A stretch of 64,000 nucleotides of DNA from Candidatus Methanomethylicaceae archaeon (GTDB lineage Archaea; Thermoproteota; Methanomethylicia; Methanomethylicales; Methanomethylicaceae), in the NCBI GenBank assembly GCA_026414165.1, contig JAOAJN010000002.1, positions 8,246-72,245 of the forward strand, in the 5' to 3' direction. Shown here piece by piece: positions 54,307-63,532 of this stretch. The notes below the pieces were generated by a model, which worked only from the letters and a program-made list of their open reading frames with translations, was not told where the DNA came from and searched no databases. The stretch's first letter is position 1. Each line of letters opens with the position of its first letter. Position numbers and translations under genes: made by a program.

Positions 54307-55118
54307 GCATGAAAGTTGTTGTGAAGATCGGAGGGGACCTCCTGAAGGGAGATAGCCCGAACGTCCCCCTTATAGAAGATCTAAAAGAGCTCTTTAAGGG
54401 AAAAGGACTGGTGATAGTCCACGGCGGCGGAGATATTGTAACTGATATGGCTAAGAGACTCGGAAAGGAACAGAAGTTCGTCATCTCGCCTGAGGGTTTC
54501 AAGAGCAGATATACTGACAGGGAGACTGCAGAGATCTACGCAATGGTTATGGCAGGCGAGATTAACACCAAGATCGTCGGTCTTCTCCAGTCCTTTGGCA
54601 TAAACGCCATAGGTCTGTCTGGCTTTGACGGCGGGCTCTTGAGAGCCGAGAGGAAAGAGAGACTTGTGATTGTAGATGAGCAAGGGAGGAAGAGGGCTAT
54701 AGAGGGCGGCTACACTGGGAAGATCACATCTGTTAACAGCAGGCTACTTGAAATTCTAATGGCGGAGGGGCACACTCCGGTGATCTCGCCCTTGGCTATG
54801 GGAATGAAGTTTGAGCCCCTAAATGTGGACGGCGACAGAACAACCAGCGCAGTTGCAAAGGCAATAAGGGCCGACGCCGTCGTTTACCTCACCGATGTGG
54901 AAGGTGTTTTGCTGGACGGTAAAATTGTGCCCAAGATAAGCATAGTTGAGGTTGACGAACTCCTTAAGAAGATAGGGGCAGGCATGTCCACAAAGATCCA
55001 CGCAGCAGTCGACGCAGTCAAGGGAGGGGTCGGAAGGGCGATAATAACGTCAGGGTTTGTGGAAAGGCCGATTCTGGCAGCACTGGAGGGAAGGCGCGGA
55101 ACGGTGATCTCTCCTTGA
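54303..55118 (+). CDS. lysZ: LysZ/ArgB-type amino acid kinase
   Basis: VVKIGG...VIVHGGG, an amino-acid kinase fold. Confidence 0.85.
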   Translation: MSMKVVVKIGGDLLKGDSPNVPLIEDLKELFKGKGLVIVHGGGDIVTDMAKRLGKEQKFVISPEGFKSRYTDRETAEIYAMVMAGEINTKIVGLLQSFGINAIGLSGFDGGLLRAERKERLVIVDEQGRKRAIEGGYTGKITSVNSRLLEILMAEGHTPVISPLAMGMKFEPLNVDGDRTTSAVAKAIRADAVVYLTDVEGVLLDGKIVPKISIVEVDELLKKIGAGMSTKIHAAVDAVKGGVGRAIITSGFVERPILAALEGRRGTVISP

Positions 55119-56293
55119 GCAGACTCGAAGACACATTCCTAGCAGATACCTTCTGGAAACGCCCCGTAACGCTGGTAAGGGGCAAGGGGGCTAGAGTCTG
55201 GGACTCGCAGGGAAAGGAATATATAGATTGCAGTTGCGGCTATGGGGTCGCACTGCTTGGACACTGCCACCCGAGGGTTGTGGAGGCTATAAGGAGGCAG
55301 TCTGAGAAGCTTATAACATGCCATGGGTCTTTTTACAATGATGCGAGGGAGGAGTGCCTCTCGAAACTTCAAAAGATAAAGCCAGATGGAACTGACAAGG
55401 TCTTCCTCTCCAACTCTGGGGCCGAGGCTATTGAGGCCGCAATAAAGCTAGTAAGGAGGTACACAAAGAAGAAGGGCATAATAGCCATGGTGAACAGTTT
55501 CCATGGCAAGACTATGGGCGCCCTCTCGCTTACTTGGAATGCCAAGTACAGAGAGCCTTTCATGCCTCTCCTCGATGGGGTGAAGTTCGCGCCATACGGG
55601 AAGATAGAGAAGCTTCAAGCACTTGTTGACGAGGATGTGGGCGCGATTTTTGTTGAACCAGTCCAGGGAGAGGGCGGGATCAACATACCTCCGCCAGAAT
55701 ACCTGAGAGAGGTCAGAGAACTATGCGACGAGAAGGGTGTTTTGATGGTACTCGATGAGGTCCAGAGCGGATTCGGGAGGACTGGCAAGATATGGGCGCA
55801 CCAACACTTCGGCGTAAGACCTGATGTGCTATGCTCCAGTAAGGCGTTGGGCGGAGGCGTTCCCATAGGGGCGACCTTTGCACGCGCCGATATTATGGAC
55901 TCTCTAAAGAGGGGCGAACACTCGAATACCTTCGGCGGCAATCCTTTGGTATGTGCTGCCTGCGCTGGTGCCATAGATGCCCTATTGGAGGACGGGCTAG
56001 TAGATAATGCAAGGGCGATGGGTGAGCTGCTAAAGAAAGGTCTATCTCAGGTCGAGAGTAAACTGGTCCGGGAGGTTAGGGGACTCGGACTTATGCTGGG
56101 TATTGACATGAGATTTGAAGTTATGAACGTCATTCTCAAGTCCTTGGAGAGGGGCGTAATAGTACTGGAGGCCGGCAAGACCGTGCTCAGACTTCTTCCC
56201 CCCCTCGTTATCACCAAGGAGGAAGTTGCGAGGGTCCTCTCAGTCATTGGTGATTCGATCAAAGAAGAGGAGAAGCGAGTCTTCGGTGGATAA
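55115..56293 (+). CDS. lysJ: LysJ/ArgD-type class III aminotransferase
   Basis: SNSGAEAIEAAIK, DEVQSGFGRTG and SSKALGGG (PLP Lys). Confidence 0.9.
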   Translation: MSRLEDTFLADTFWKRPVTLVRGKGARVWDSQGKEYIDCSCGYGVALLGHCHPRVVEAIRRQSEKLITCHGSFYNDAREECLSKLQKIKPDGTDKVFLSNSGAEAIEAAIKLVRRYTKKKGIIAMVNSFHGKTMGALSLTWNAKYREPFMPLLDGVKFAPYGKIEKLQALVDEDVGAIFVEPVQGEGGINIPPPEYLREVRELCDEKGVLMVLDEVQSGFGRTGKIWAHQHFGVRPDVLCSSKALGGGVPIGATFARADIMDSLKRGEHSNTFGGNPLVCAACAGAIDALLEDGLVDNARAMGELLKKGLSQVESKLVREVRGLGLMLGIDMRFEVMNVILKSLERGVIVLEAGKTVLRLLPPLVITKEEVARVLSVIGDSIKEEEKRVFGG

Positions 56294-56295
56294 TA

Positions 56296-57402
56296 ATGGA
56301 AGAAGGTTACCCAGAGCGGCTTTTGCTCGACCTTCTGGAGATCTACAGCCCGAGCGGTGAAGAGGAAGAGATCTCAAGATACCTTTCGAAGGAGCTAGAG
56401 CGCCTGGGTTTTAAGGTAAGAGTGGACGAGGTTGGCAATGTCGAAGCCATATGGGGTGATGGTCGACCTAACATTCTGCTGTGCGGTCATATGGATACGG
56501 TGAGGGGCAAGATCAAGGTAAAAAAGAGGGGCAAGGTCGTCTTCGGAAGAGGTGCTGTAGATGCCAAATCACCTCTTGCCGCACTAATCTGTGGGGCAAA
56601 GAAATACATTGAAGGGGGAGGGAAGGGGAAGATTACCCTACTTGCGGTTGTGGATGAAGAAGGAAAAAGCAAAGGTATGAGACACTTTCTCTCAAGATGT
56701 AAAGAGAAGTATGACTATGCCATATTTGGAGAGCCAAGTGGGGCATACGCTCTGACGGTGGGCTACAAGGGAAGGATACTGATCAGGGTTCTATGTGAGA
56801 CCTCACCAGGACATGCGAGCGCACCCACACTCTTCGAGAACGCGATTTACGTTACCATTAGACTTATAGAAAGGTTACAGAAGTTGGGAGATGACTGGAC
56901 TAAAGGGAAGGAGGGCGACCTGTTTGAGACGCCCACGCTATGTGTCACGAGGATAAAAGGAGGGAGAGAGGACAACACAGTGCCGTCTTTCTGCGAGATA
57001 TTAGTGGATGTACGGGTGCCACCCACTATGACCCTCGCAGAGGTCAAGGATAGACTAACCTCCACAATAAACGAATTTAAGACCATTGAAGAGCGGGCAA
57101 AGGTAAAATTGGAATTTTTGGACGAGAATGAACCATACCTTGAGAACGAACACTCTCCACTCGTAAAATGCTTCATTGAGAGCATAAAGGAGGTAACTGG
57201 CAGGGATGGAAGACTCTCGCGGAAGACTGGGACTGCTGATGTGAATGATTTTGTGAAGAAATTCAAGACCTCCTCGGTGGTTTATGGCCCGGGAAACTCA
57301 AAATTGGATCATACGCCAATTGAGAATGTTTCAATAGAGGAGTATTTGGATAGCATTGAGATCATTAACAACGTTTTAAAGAAACTCTCATCTACGGACT
57401 AA
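56296..57402 (+). CDS. lysK: LysK/ArgE-type M20 deacylase
   Basis: LLEIYSPSGEE, GHMDTV and GRGAVDAK motifs. Confidence 0.85.
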   Translation: MEEGYPERLLLDLLEIYSPSGEEEEISRYLSKELERLGFKVRVDEVGNVEAIWGDGRPNILLCGHMDTVRGKIKVKKRGKVVFGRGAVDAKSPLAALICGAKKYIEGGGKGKITLLAVVDEEGKSKGMRHFLSRCKEKYDYAIFGEPSGAYALTVGYKGRILIRVLCETSPGHASAPTLFENAIYVTIRLIERLQKLGDDWTKGKEGDLFETPTLCVTRIKGGREDNTVPSFCEILVDVRVPPTMTLAEVKDRLTSTINEFKTIEERAKVKLEFLDENEPYLENEHSPLVKCFIESIKEVTGRDGRLSRKTGTADVNDFVKKFKTSSVVYGPGNSKLDHTPIENVSIEEYLDSIEIINNVLKKLSSTD

Positions 57403-57524
57403 GGCAAGTTAGAGAAAGGTAATGATTATTGATTTTATAATTATTGAATTTCATTTTCTAATAACATAGTTCCCATAAATATGTTAAAACCTTTTATTCT
57501 GAATATGGAAAAAGTTCGGAAGGA

Positions 57525-57932
57525 TCATTCGATTGGTATCATGAAGCGCCTTTCCTTCTTAGGCAATCGTAGTTCGAGGACGCCGTCCTTAAAACGCGCC
57601 TTTGAGGATTCTGGGTCTATCTTTGTCGGGAGAGTGAATGTCTTCGTATATTTGAAAAACTTAGCCTCTCGCTGGAAAGTCCCCCACCTCTCGTATTGTA
57701 TTACTCTATTCATCTGGGCCTCTATCGAAACCGTATCGTCAGTCAAGTGAACTTTTATGTCGGATTTTCGGCGGACGCATGGCATATCGATTCTTATTAT
57801 AAACTCGGTCTCATTGTCGTAGACCTCGGTGAGGGGCTCAAGGCAGCCTCTAATGGAGTCCCACATAACCTCGGTGATCCAGAAGTCCGTCCAGTCTCTG
57901 CCCGGTCTTTTCTCAATACTCAAGCAGACCAC
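57525..57932 (-). CDS. Hsp20/alpha-crystallin small heat-shock protein
   Basis: 135 aa. C-terminal ARFKDGVLELRLPKK signature. Confidence 0.85.
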   Translation of the reverse strand: MVCLSIEKRPGRDWTDFWITEVMWDSIRGCLEPLTEVYDNETEFIIRIDMPCVRRKSDIKVHLTDDTVSIEAQMNRVIQYERWGTFQREAKFFKYTKTFTLPTKIDPESSKARFKDGVLELRLPKKERRFMIPIE

Positions 57933-57933
57933 C

Positions 57934-58692
57934 TCACACGTACATCAGCGGAAGTTCATATTCTTGAGACTTGCCCATCTTCTTCAGGTTCTCTGTCGTC
58001 TTTCTCATCAGTTCCCTAGCGTTTAATCGGATCTCTTCTGAACGCTCTATGAGTGCCTTCACATCGACGTTTATTGGAACAAACTTATTCAAGGCAGATA
58101 TGACCGAGGCGGCGGCCCCTGGGTCAGGATACTGAGGGTAGGACTCGGCCATGAGGAGCAGATTCGGGAGGTTCTGGTGTATAGAGAACTTTGCCATTAG
58201 TGCGTAAGGTCCGACCAGAAATCCCTCCTCCATCACGGGGATCTCGAACTTCCTTATGCTGTCCCTTATGTATTGCATATTTGATGCACCGTAGACCTTC
58301 GGGATCTCTATGTCAATCCTGTTGGGGACGCCGATCCCGCCCAATGATATGAGTAGTGAGGCGCTCTTCGACTTTGCCCACTCTACAATGGCTTTGGAGA
58401 GGGGGTATATCGACTCTGGCGAGAGGGCAGTTTCAGAAAAGAGGGCCAGTAGGTCATCTTTTTGGTATATCCTTAGAGGGTAGGTAGGTATGCCCTGATG
58501 GAATACCACTATTGGCGGAAAGATGTCGGAGTCTATGTGGGCGACCTCCTTCATCTCCAGCCCCTTTATTATATGCGATACTGCAATTATCCCCACCAGA
58601 CCGACATCGGGCAGGCCGCACATAAGGACTGGGTTCTTTGCCCTTATCTCGGCAGTCTCGATTATTGAGACCCCATCTACAGTAAAAACCAT
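57934..58692 (-). CDS. PAC2-family proteasome assembly chaperone-like protein
   Basis: 252 aa. NPVLMCGLPDVGLVGIIAVSHII N-terminal pattern. Confidence 0.65.
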   Translation of the reverse strand: MVFTVDGVSIIETAEIRAKNPVLMCGLPDVGLVGIIAVSHIIKGLEMKEVAHIDSDIFPPIVVFHQGIPTYPLRIYQKDDLLALFSETALSPESIYPLSKAIVEWAKSKSASLLISLGGIGVPNRIDIEIPKVYGASNMQYIRDSIRKFEIPVMEEGFLVGPYALMAKFSIHQNLPNLLLMAESYPQYPDPGAAASVISALNKFVPINVDVKALIERSEEIRLNARELMRKTTENLKKMGKSQEYELPLMYV

Positions 58693-58745
58693 TTCAAATC
58701 ACTAAGATTTTATAAGTAAAAGATACTAAAAAACCTCTCGAAAAA

Positions 58746-60065
58746 CTATAATTTCTCCTCGATCTCTTCGAGTATCAGAACAGGACCTTCCTTCCCCACG
58801 ATCTTGTAGTTCTTGCCTTTCTTAAGTCCCTTATTGCACTTTGCCTGCCAATGCTCACCCCTGTAGGTAATGAAAGTGACCTCGTTAGGCGGGGCATCCT
58901 CTGTCGAGGTCAGAACTTCGCCAACAATCCTCCCTATGAGTGGTGGTCTTCGCCTAACTTGTAGTATCTTTATGATTGCAAACAGGAATATCCCTGCGAT
59001 TACAAGTGTTGCTGCAACAATGGAATATGTAAATGTGGCATACCACTCACTCGAGATCGCCCACTTCTCAGGGCTGAACGGTACTATGAATAGGGCACCT
59101 ATTGTGAGGAGTATTATTCCCGAGAAACCAAAGACTCCAAATCCTGGCGTAGCAAGCTCATAAATCAAAAGGATCGCACCCGCAGCCATCATTATGAGCG
59201 AGACAATATTTACATCGAATCCCATCCCTATAAGCGCCAGAAGTAATGCTGCCGCTCCCAAGATCTCTCCTCCATGTCCAGGGGCAGAGAGTCCGTAGAT
59301 TAGCGCAAAAATTCCTATCAAGAACAGGAGGCTCGAGATGGTCGGATCGGATACGACATTTATGACGCTATCTCTAATCCTAAATGTATACTCTGTGACA
59401 GTGGCTCCCTCGGTGTTCAACTTCACAGTCCCAGCAGCCGTCTTGACCTCTAAACCATTGATTGCCTTTAATAGGGACTCCATGCTATCTGCCCTGAATT
59501 CTATGACATCATATGCATAGGCCTGCTCGTCGTTCACGTTTACGTTCTCTGTGATGAAGCTGATCGCCAGAGTCTCGTTTCTTCCATGCGCCTTTGCCTG
59601 TGTCGCCATGACTGAAATAACAGCATTGAGTACCTTTGTATCATTAATTGGTTGACTCCCCAATGGAGAATAAGCTATGGGCTGACAAGACCCTATTATT
59701 GTATGTGGTGCCATTGCGGCAATATGCGTAGCCATCAGAAGATAAGTGCCCGCAGACCATGCCGTCGTCCCAGGCGGGTAAACATAACCAACCACCGGGA
59801 CAGGGGAGTTCTCTATTGCAGTGATCATCCTAAGAGTCGAATCAAGGCTACCGCCGGGGGTCGAGAGCATAAGTACCACCGCAGAGTACTTCTCTTGGTT
59901 GGCTATGCTGAGCGCGTCAATCAAAGCCTCGGAATGGGCCATGGAGATTGTGCCGCTGATCTTGAAAACTAAAACTTTTCCACCATAAGCGCCTACTGGA
60001 GAGGATAAGTTCAGAACGGCAAGTAGTGAAAGAATTAGAAAAATTGTTAGGGATTTTCTCGCCAT
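58746..60065 (-). CDS. NfeD-family membrane-bound ClpP-class serine protease
   Basis: Signal anchor, a ClpP-like domain (STPGGSLDS, TAWSAG), TM bundle and a C-terminal OB-like domain. Confidence 0.85.
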   Translation of the reverse strand: MARKSLTIFLILSLLAVLNLSSPVGAYGGKVLVFKISGTISMAHSEALIDALSIANQEKYSAVVLMLSTPGGSLDSTLRMITAIENSPVPVVGYVYPPGTTAWSAGTYLLMATHIAAMAPHTIIGSCQPIAYSPLGSQPINDTKVLNAVISVMATQAKAHGRNETLAISFITENVNVNDEQAYAYDVIEFRADSMESLLKAINGLEVKTAAGTVKLNTEGATVTEYTFRIRDSVINVVSDPTISSLLFLIGIFALIYGLSAPGHGGEILGAAALLLALIGMGFDVNIVSLIMMAAGAILLIYELATPGFGVFGFSGIILLTIGALFIVPFSPEKWAISSEWYATFTYSIVAATLVIAGIFLFAIIKILQVRRRPPLIGRIVGEVLTSTEDAPPNEVTFITYRGEHWQAKCNKGLKKGKNYKIVGKEGPVLILEEIEEKL

Positions 60066-60070
60066 TTCAT

Positions 60071-60907
60071 CTATTTCTCCGTGCTCCCTGATTTCTTATC
60101 TAGTGCCTTTGCCAGACCAGCAAATTCTGCAACGGTTGTGCCCCCTGCGGAGGTCACAAGTATCAGGTTCTTCTCCCTTGCAACCTCAGATATCATCTGG
60201 AACTCTCGCAGCCTAAGTGCTATTGGTGTATCCTTGTAGAGCTGCGCTGCTTCGCTCATCTTTTGAGCTGCCTGATACTCTCCCTCTGCGATTATTATCC
60301 TAGATCTCCTCTCCCTCTCGGCCTCTGCCTGCTTTGCCATGGCTCTCTGCAACGATTCTGGCAGAATCACATCCTTTATGACGACTGCCGTGACCTTGAT
60401 CCCCCAGGCGTCTGTGGGTACATCAAGTGTGGATTGTAGCCTCTGGTTCAACTCTTCCCTCTTTGTTAGTAGGTCGTCAAGTTGCACTTGGCCGAGTATA
60501 TCTCGGAGTGTGGTCTGGGCGAGGAGGTTTGTGGAGAGCATGTAATTCTCGACTTGGACTATAGCCTTTACTGGGTCAAAGACCCTGTAATAAACCACAG
60601 CGTCAACTTGCACTGTGACGTTGTCCTTAGTTATTATCATCTGTCTTGGAACGTCGAACGTCAAGACTCTGAGATCAACCTTCCTTAGTGAGTCCACAAA
60701 CGGTATTATGAAGAATATTCCAGGACCTTTAGCGCCGAGGAGTCGCCCCAGTCTGAATATTACGGCACGCTCATATTCCTTTACAATTTTTATGGCAGAA
60801 GACAGGAACCAGAGTATGATTACTAAGATTATTATGTAAACAATAAGATTAGCCAAGCCTGTCAAGGAAGTTGGAATTATCTGACTTACCATTCCTAAAA
60901 TGCTCAA
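60071..60907 (-). CDS. SPFH/band-7 stomatin-like protein
   Basis: N-terminal TM, then VKEYERAVIFRLGR, a coiled-coil AEAERERR region. Confidence 0.9.
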   Translation of the reverse strand: MSILGMVSQIIPTSLTGLANLIVYIIILVIILWFLSSAIKIVKEYERAVIFRLGRLLGAKGPGIFFIIPFVDSLRKVDLRVLTFDVPRQMIITKDNVTVQVDAVVYYRVFDPVKAIVQVENYMLSTNLLAQTTLRDILGQVQLDDLLTKREELNQRLQSTLDVPTDAWGIKVTAVVIKDVILPESLQRAMAKQAEAERERRSRIIIAEGEYQAAQKMSEAAQLYKDTPIALRLREFQMISEVAREKNLILVTSAGGTTVAEFAGLAKALDKKSGSTEK

Positions 60908-61170
60908 GAAATAAACCCCTACCTAAATATAAGGCGGGCTAGATATTTACTTTACTCTTGAGGTTCCCATATCACCATGGGACTTTCCCAAAGAGCATAA
61001 ATCCTCTGGTCTATGGGCCTCACTTTACCTATACCTCGCACCAGATTTCTGCTTCTGTAAATTTTACGCCTTACTTGTAGTAGGGACATTTTTGTCTCCA
61101 AAATATAGATTTCTGTCGAATTATATAATGTTTTTCTTCGGCTATTATCGTTATTTAATTCGACTTTTGT

Positions 61171-62205
61171 CTATTTATTAAATATAATCCTTCTTAAGGA
61201 CTCTGCCATTATGGCATAAGTCCTGTCCTGCCTCCCGGAGGTTATGGATCCAGCATTGTAAACGTCAAACTCCATGAAATCAATTCCGACTATCTTGGAA
61301 TTTGACTTTGATATGGAGGCGATGAGGTCATATAGGTCCTTGTGTGTTATGCCAAAGTAGTCCAAAAATCGCGCGCCCTTGACTGATATGTTTGCACATA
61401 CGTCCACATCCACAGAAACATAAGTGAGTGGTAAGTTCGTTCTTGACAGAATTGATCTAACCGAGTTCAAGTCTTTTTGGATATCTTCTTTCTTTATAAC
61501 ATGAACGCCGGACGACTCTATTCCTTTATAGAATTCAATGTACCGCCTAACCCTCTCATCCTCAATCTCCTCGGCCGCCCTCGGAGGATAGTCTGAGACC
61601 CCTACGACATATATGTTTTCCATAGGGATTCTCTTTCCAACGTAGCTAAGGAAAGAGTCGGCATTGTAACTGTCCGGTCTATTGTAAATATAGGGATCCT
61701 TTGGAGAAAACTTCGTTTCTGGATTGTTCTCCACATCATACTGTATGAGCCCGCACCTTATGGTAGGGGGTATGAAGTCGAAATGGCTGTCGAATACGAT
61801 AAGCCTCAGGTTCTCGCCGCCATGCTCTTCACACAGGGCACTAATCACACCACCGGATAGGGAGTGGTCAACTCCGAACAAAACGGGCATGTCTGGAAGT
61901 ACATCACTCTTTACTTTTTTACTCAATTGGTTGGCATAATCCAGACATCCATTAGTGTCTATAAACGTAACGAAGTTTTCCACAGTCAACATGAAAAGCA
62001 TATCCAATGGGGGTGTTGGAGTTAACCAAGGCTCGACTTGATTTTTAATGTGCTCTATTGGAAGCTTAAGTTCAGAGATCATGCCCAAGACAGGATCCTT
62101 GAAGGGTACGCCACGATAACCGTTTTCACAGGCGATAATTTTTCTTTGTATATAAGCCTCTCTTTCATCCGGATCTAGTGGTCCATTTAGAATCTTGAAA
62201 TTCAT
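61171..62205 (-). CDS. divergent arginase/agmatinase (ureohydrolase) family protein
   Basis: GVDHSLSGG, VFDSHFDF (DxHxD), VSVDVDV (DxD) and GIDFMEF occur in the canonical order. There is an N-terminal extension of about 95 aa. Confidence 0.5.
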   Translation of the reverse strand: MNFKILNGPLDPDEREAYIQRKIIACENGYRGVPFKDPVLGMISELKLPIEHIKNQVEPWLTPTPPLDMLFMLTVENFVTFIDTNGCLDYANQLSKKVKSDVLPDMPVLFGVDHSLSGGVISALCEEHGGENLRLIVFDSHFDFIPPTIRCGLIQYDVENNPETKFSPKDPYIYNRPDSYNADSFLSYVGKRIPMENIYVVGVSDYPPRAAEEIEDERVRRYIEFYKGIESSGVHVIKKEDIQKDLNSVRSILSRTNLPLTYVSVDVDVCANISVKGARFLDYFGITHKDLYDLIASISKSNSKIVGIDFMEFDVYNAGSITSGRQDRTYAIMAESLRRIIFNK

Positions 62206-62276
62206 AAAAAAAGCCGTCGGTAAGATCTAATAAAAAATAAAAAAGTTTTGTTTTATTTTGTTCTCGTTCTTGGTCT

Positions 62277-63518
62277 TTATTTCCGCTTGACGATTGGCTC
62301 GAGTATCTCTACGATGTCCACCATTTTTAGTGGGGACTTTGTCATCTCAATGGCATCAGTGAGGTTTCTCCAGCAGAATGGACATGTGCTTGTTATTACT
62401 GATGCACCTGTGGACTCTGCCTCTCGTACTCGCTTCGCCGAAGTCTCTAAGGAGTAGTCTGCGAAACCGCCTCTAACACCGCCGCCTGCACCGCAGCAGA
62501 ATGAGAACTTTCTGTTTCTGTACATTTCGACTAAGTTTGCGCCGGGTATTGCCTTGAGCACATTGCGCGGTGCATCGTAAACCTCAGCATGCCTACCGAG
62601 GTGGCATGGGTCGTGGTATGTCACAGTGCTGTTGAAGCTACCAGTGAACTCTATCTCTCCCTTATTGATCATTTCCTCAATCAGCTGAATTGTGTGCACG
62701 ACCTTTACGTTCTCCATCTTGCCGAACTTATCGATGTAGCCCTCTGGTGGGTCCATTGTGTAATCCCTTGAAAGGGTCCTGTAGCAACCAGCACATGTAG
62801 TTATGAAGCCGCTCGCACCATACTTGTCCGGAAGCGCCTTATTATGCTCTACGAACTCCTTAGCCAGGTCATACTGACCGGTTCTGAGCAGTGGTGACGC
62901 GCAGCACCACTCGTCTTGTGAGACGGTGAAGTCTACCTTTAGTTTCTGAAGCAGTTTAACAGTGGCCAGCGCAACACTCTTCTGCCTGTAGGAGGCCGTG
63001 CAGCCCGCGAAATAGATGTACTCTGCCTTCTTCGGTAGTGAGGATCTGATACTGCTGGGCAACCAGTCAAGTCGGTTCTCGTGCTTCTCTAGGTATGGGT
63101 TTCGGTTTACACCAATAGTGGAGCTCCACTTCTTAATGCCCTCTGGTATAGCTACGTTCTGCTTCCATGCCTCGCTTCTGAGGGCTTCAAACATCCTCAG
63201 AATGTATGGCTTTATGTCAGTCTCACACATCTGCTGGCAGGCACCACACCCCGTACATGTGAACAGAACGTGTGCAACAGCATCAGACCATTGGAGCTTG
63301 TTGCTGAGCAGTCCTTTTGCTATTGCAGCTTTTCCTCTGCTACCTCTATATGAGTCAAAGTGGTACTTATCACCTTGGACACATAGCATTGCTGCAAAGT
63401 TCGCTGTCTTGCCCCACTCATATCCATATTTGCAGTTTCCACAGTGAGTACACATGGAAATGTAATCATAGATTTTCGCTAATTCTTTTAGTGAAGTGTT
63501 CTTTAATTCCAGTGCCAT
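62277..63518 (-). CDS. Fe-S oxidoreductase with two ferredoxin-type clusters and two CCG domains (GlcF/HdrD-like)
   Basis: CTHCGNCKY, CTGCGACQQMC and the CCG motifs CCASP and FCCGAGGG. Confidence 0.8.
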   Translation of the reverse strand: MALELKNTSLKELAKIYDYISMCTHCGNCKYGYEWGKTANFAAMLCVQGDKYHFDSYRGSRGKAAIAKGLLSNKLQWSDAVAHVLFTCTGCGACQQMCETDIKPYILRMFEALRSEAWKQNVAIPEGIKKWSSTIGVNRNPYLEKHENRLDWLPSSIRSSLPKKAEYIYFAGCTASYRQKSVALATVKLLQKLKVDFTVSQDEWCCASPLLRTGQYDLAKEFVEHNKALPDKYGASGFITTCAGCYRTLSRDYTMDPPEGYIDKFGKMENVKVVHTIQLIEEMINKGEIEFTGSFNSTVTYHDPCHLGRHAEVYDAPRNVLKAIPGANLVEMYRNRKFSFCCGAGGGVRGGFADYSLETSAKRVREAESTGASVITSTCPFCWRNLTDAIEMTKSPLKMVDIVEILEPIVKRK

Positions 63519-63532
63519 TGGTATTGCCTCCT

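Noticed and set aside
60908-61170. 263-nt intergenic region scanned for tRNA or small RNA (hairpin TCCCAT-ATCACC-ATGGGA).
   Set aside because: There is no cloverleaf-compatible sequence or conserved RNA motif. It is most simply the terminator of the arginase-like gene plus the stomatin promoter.
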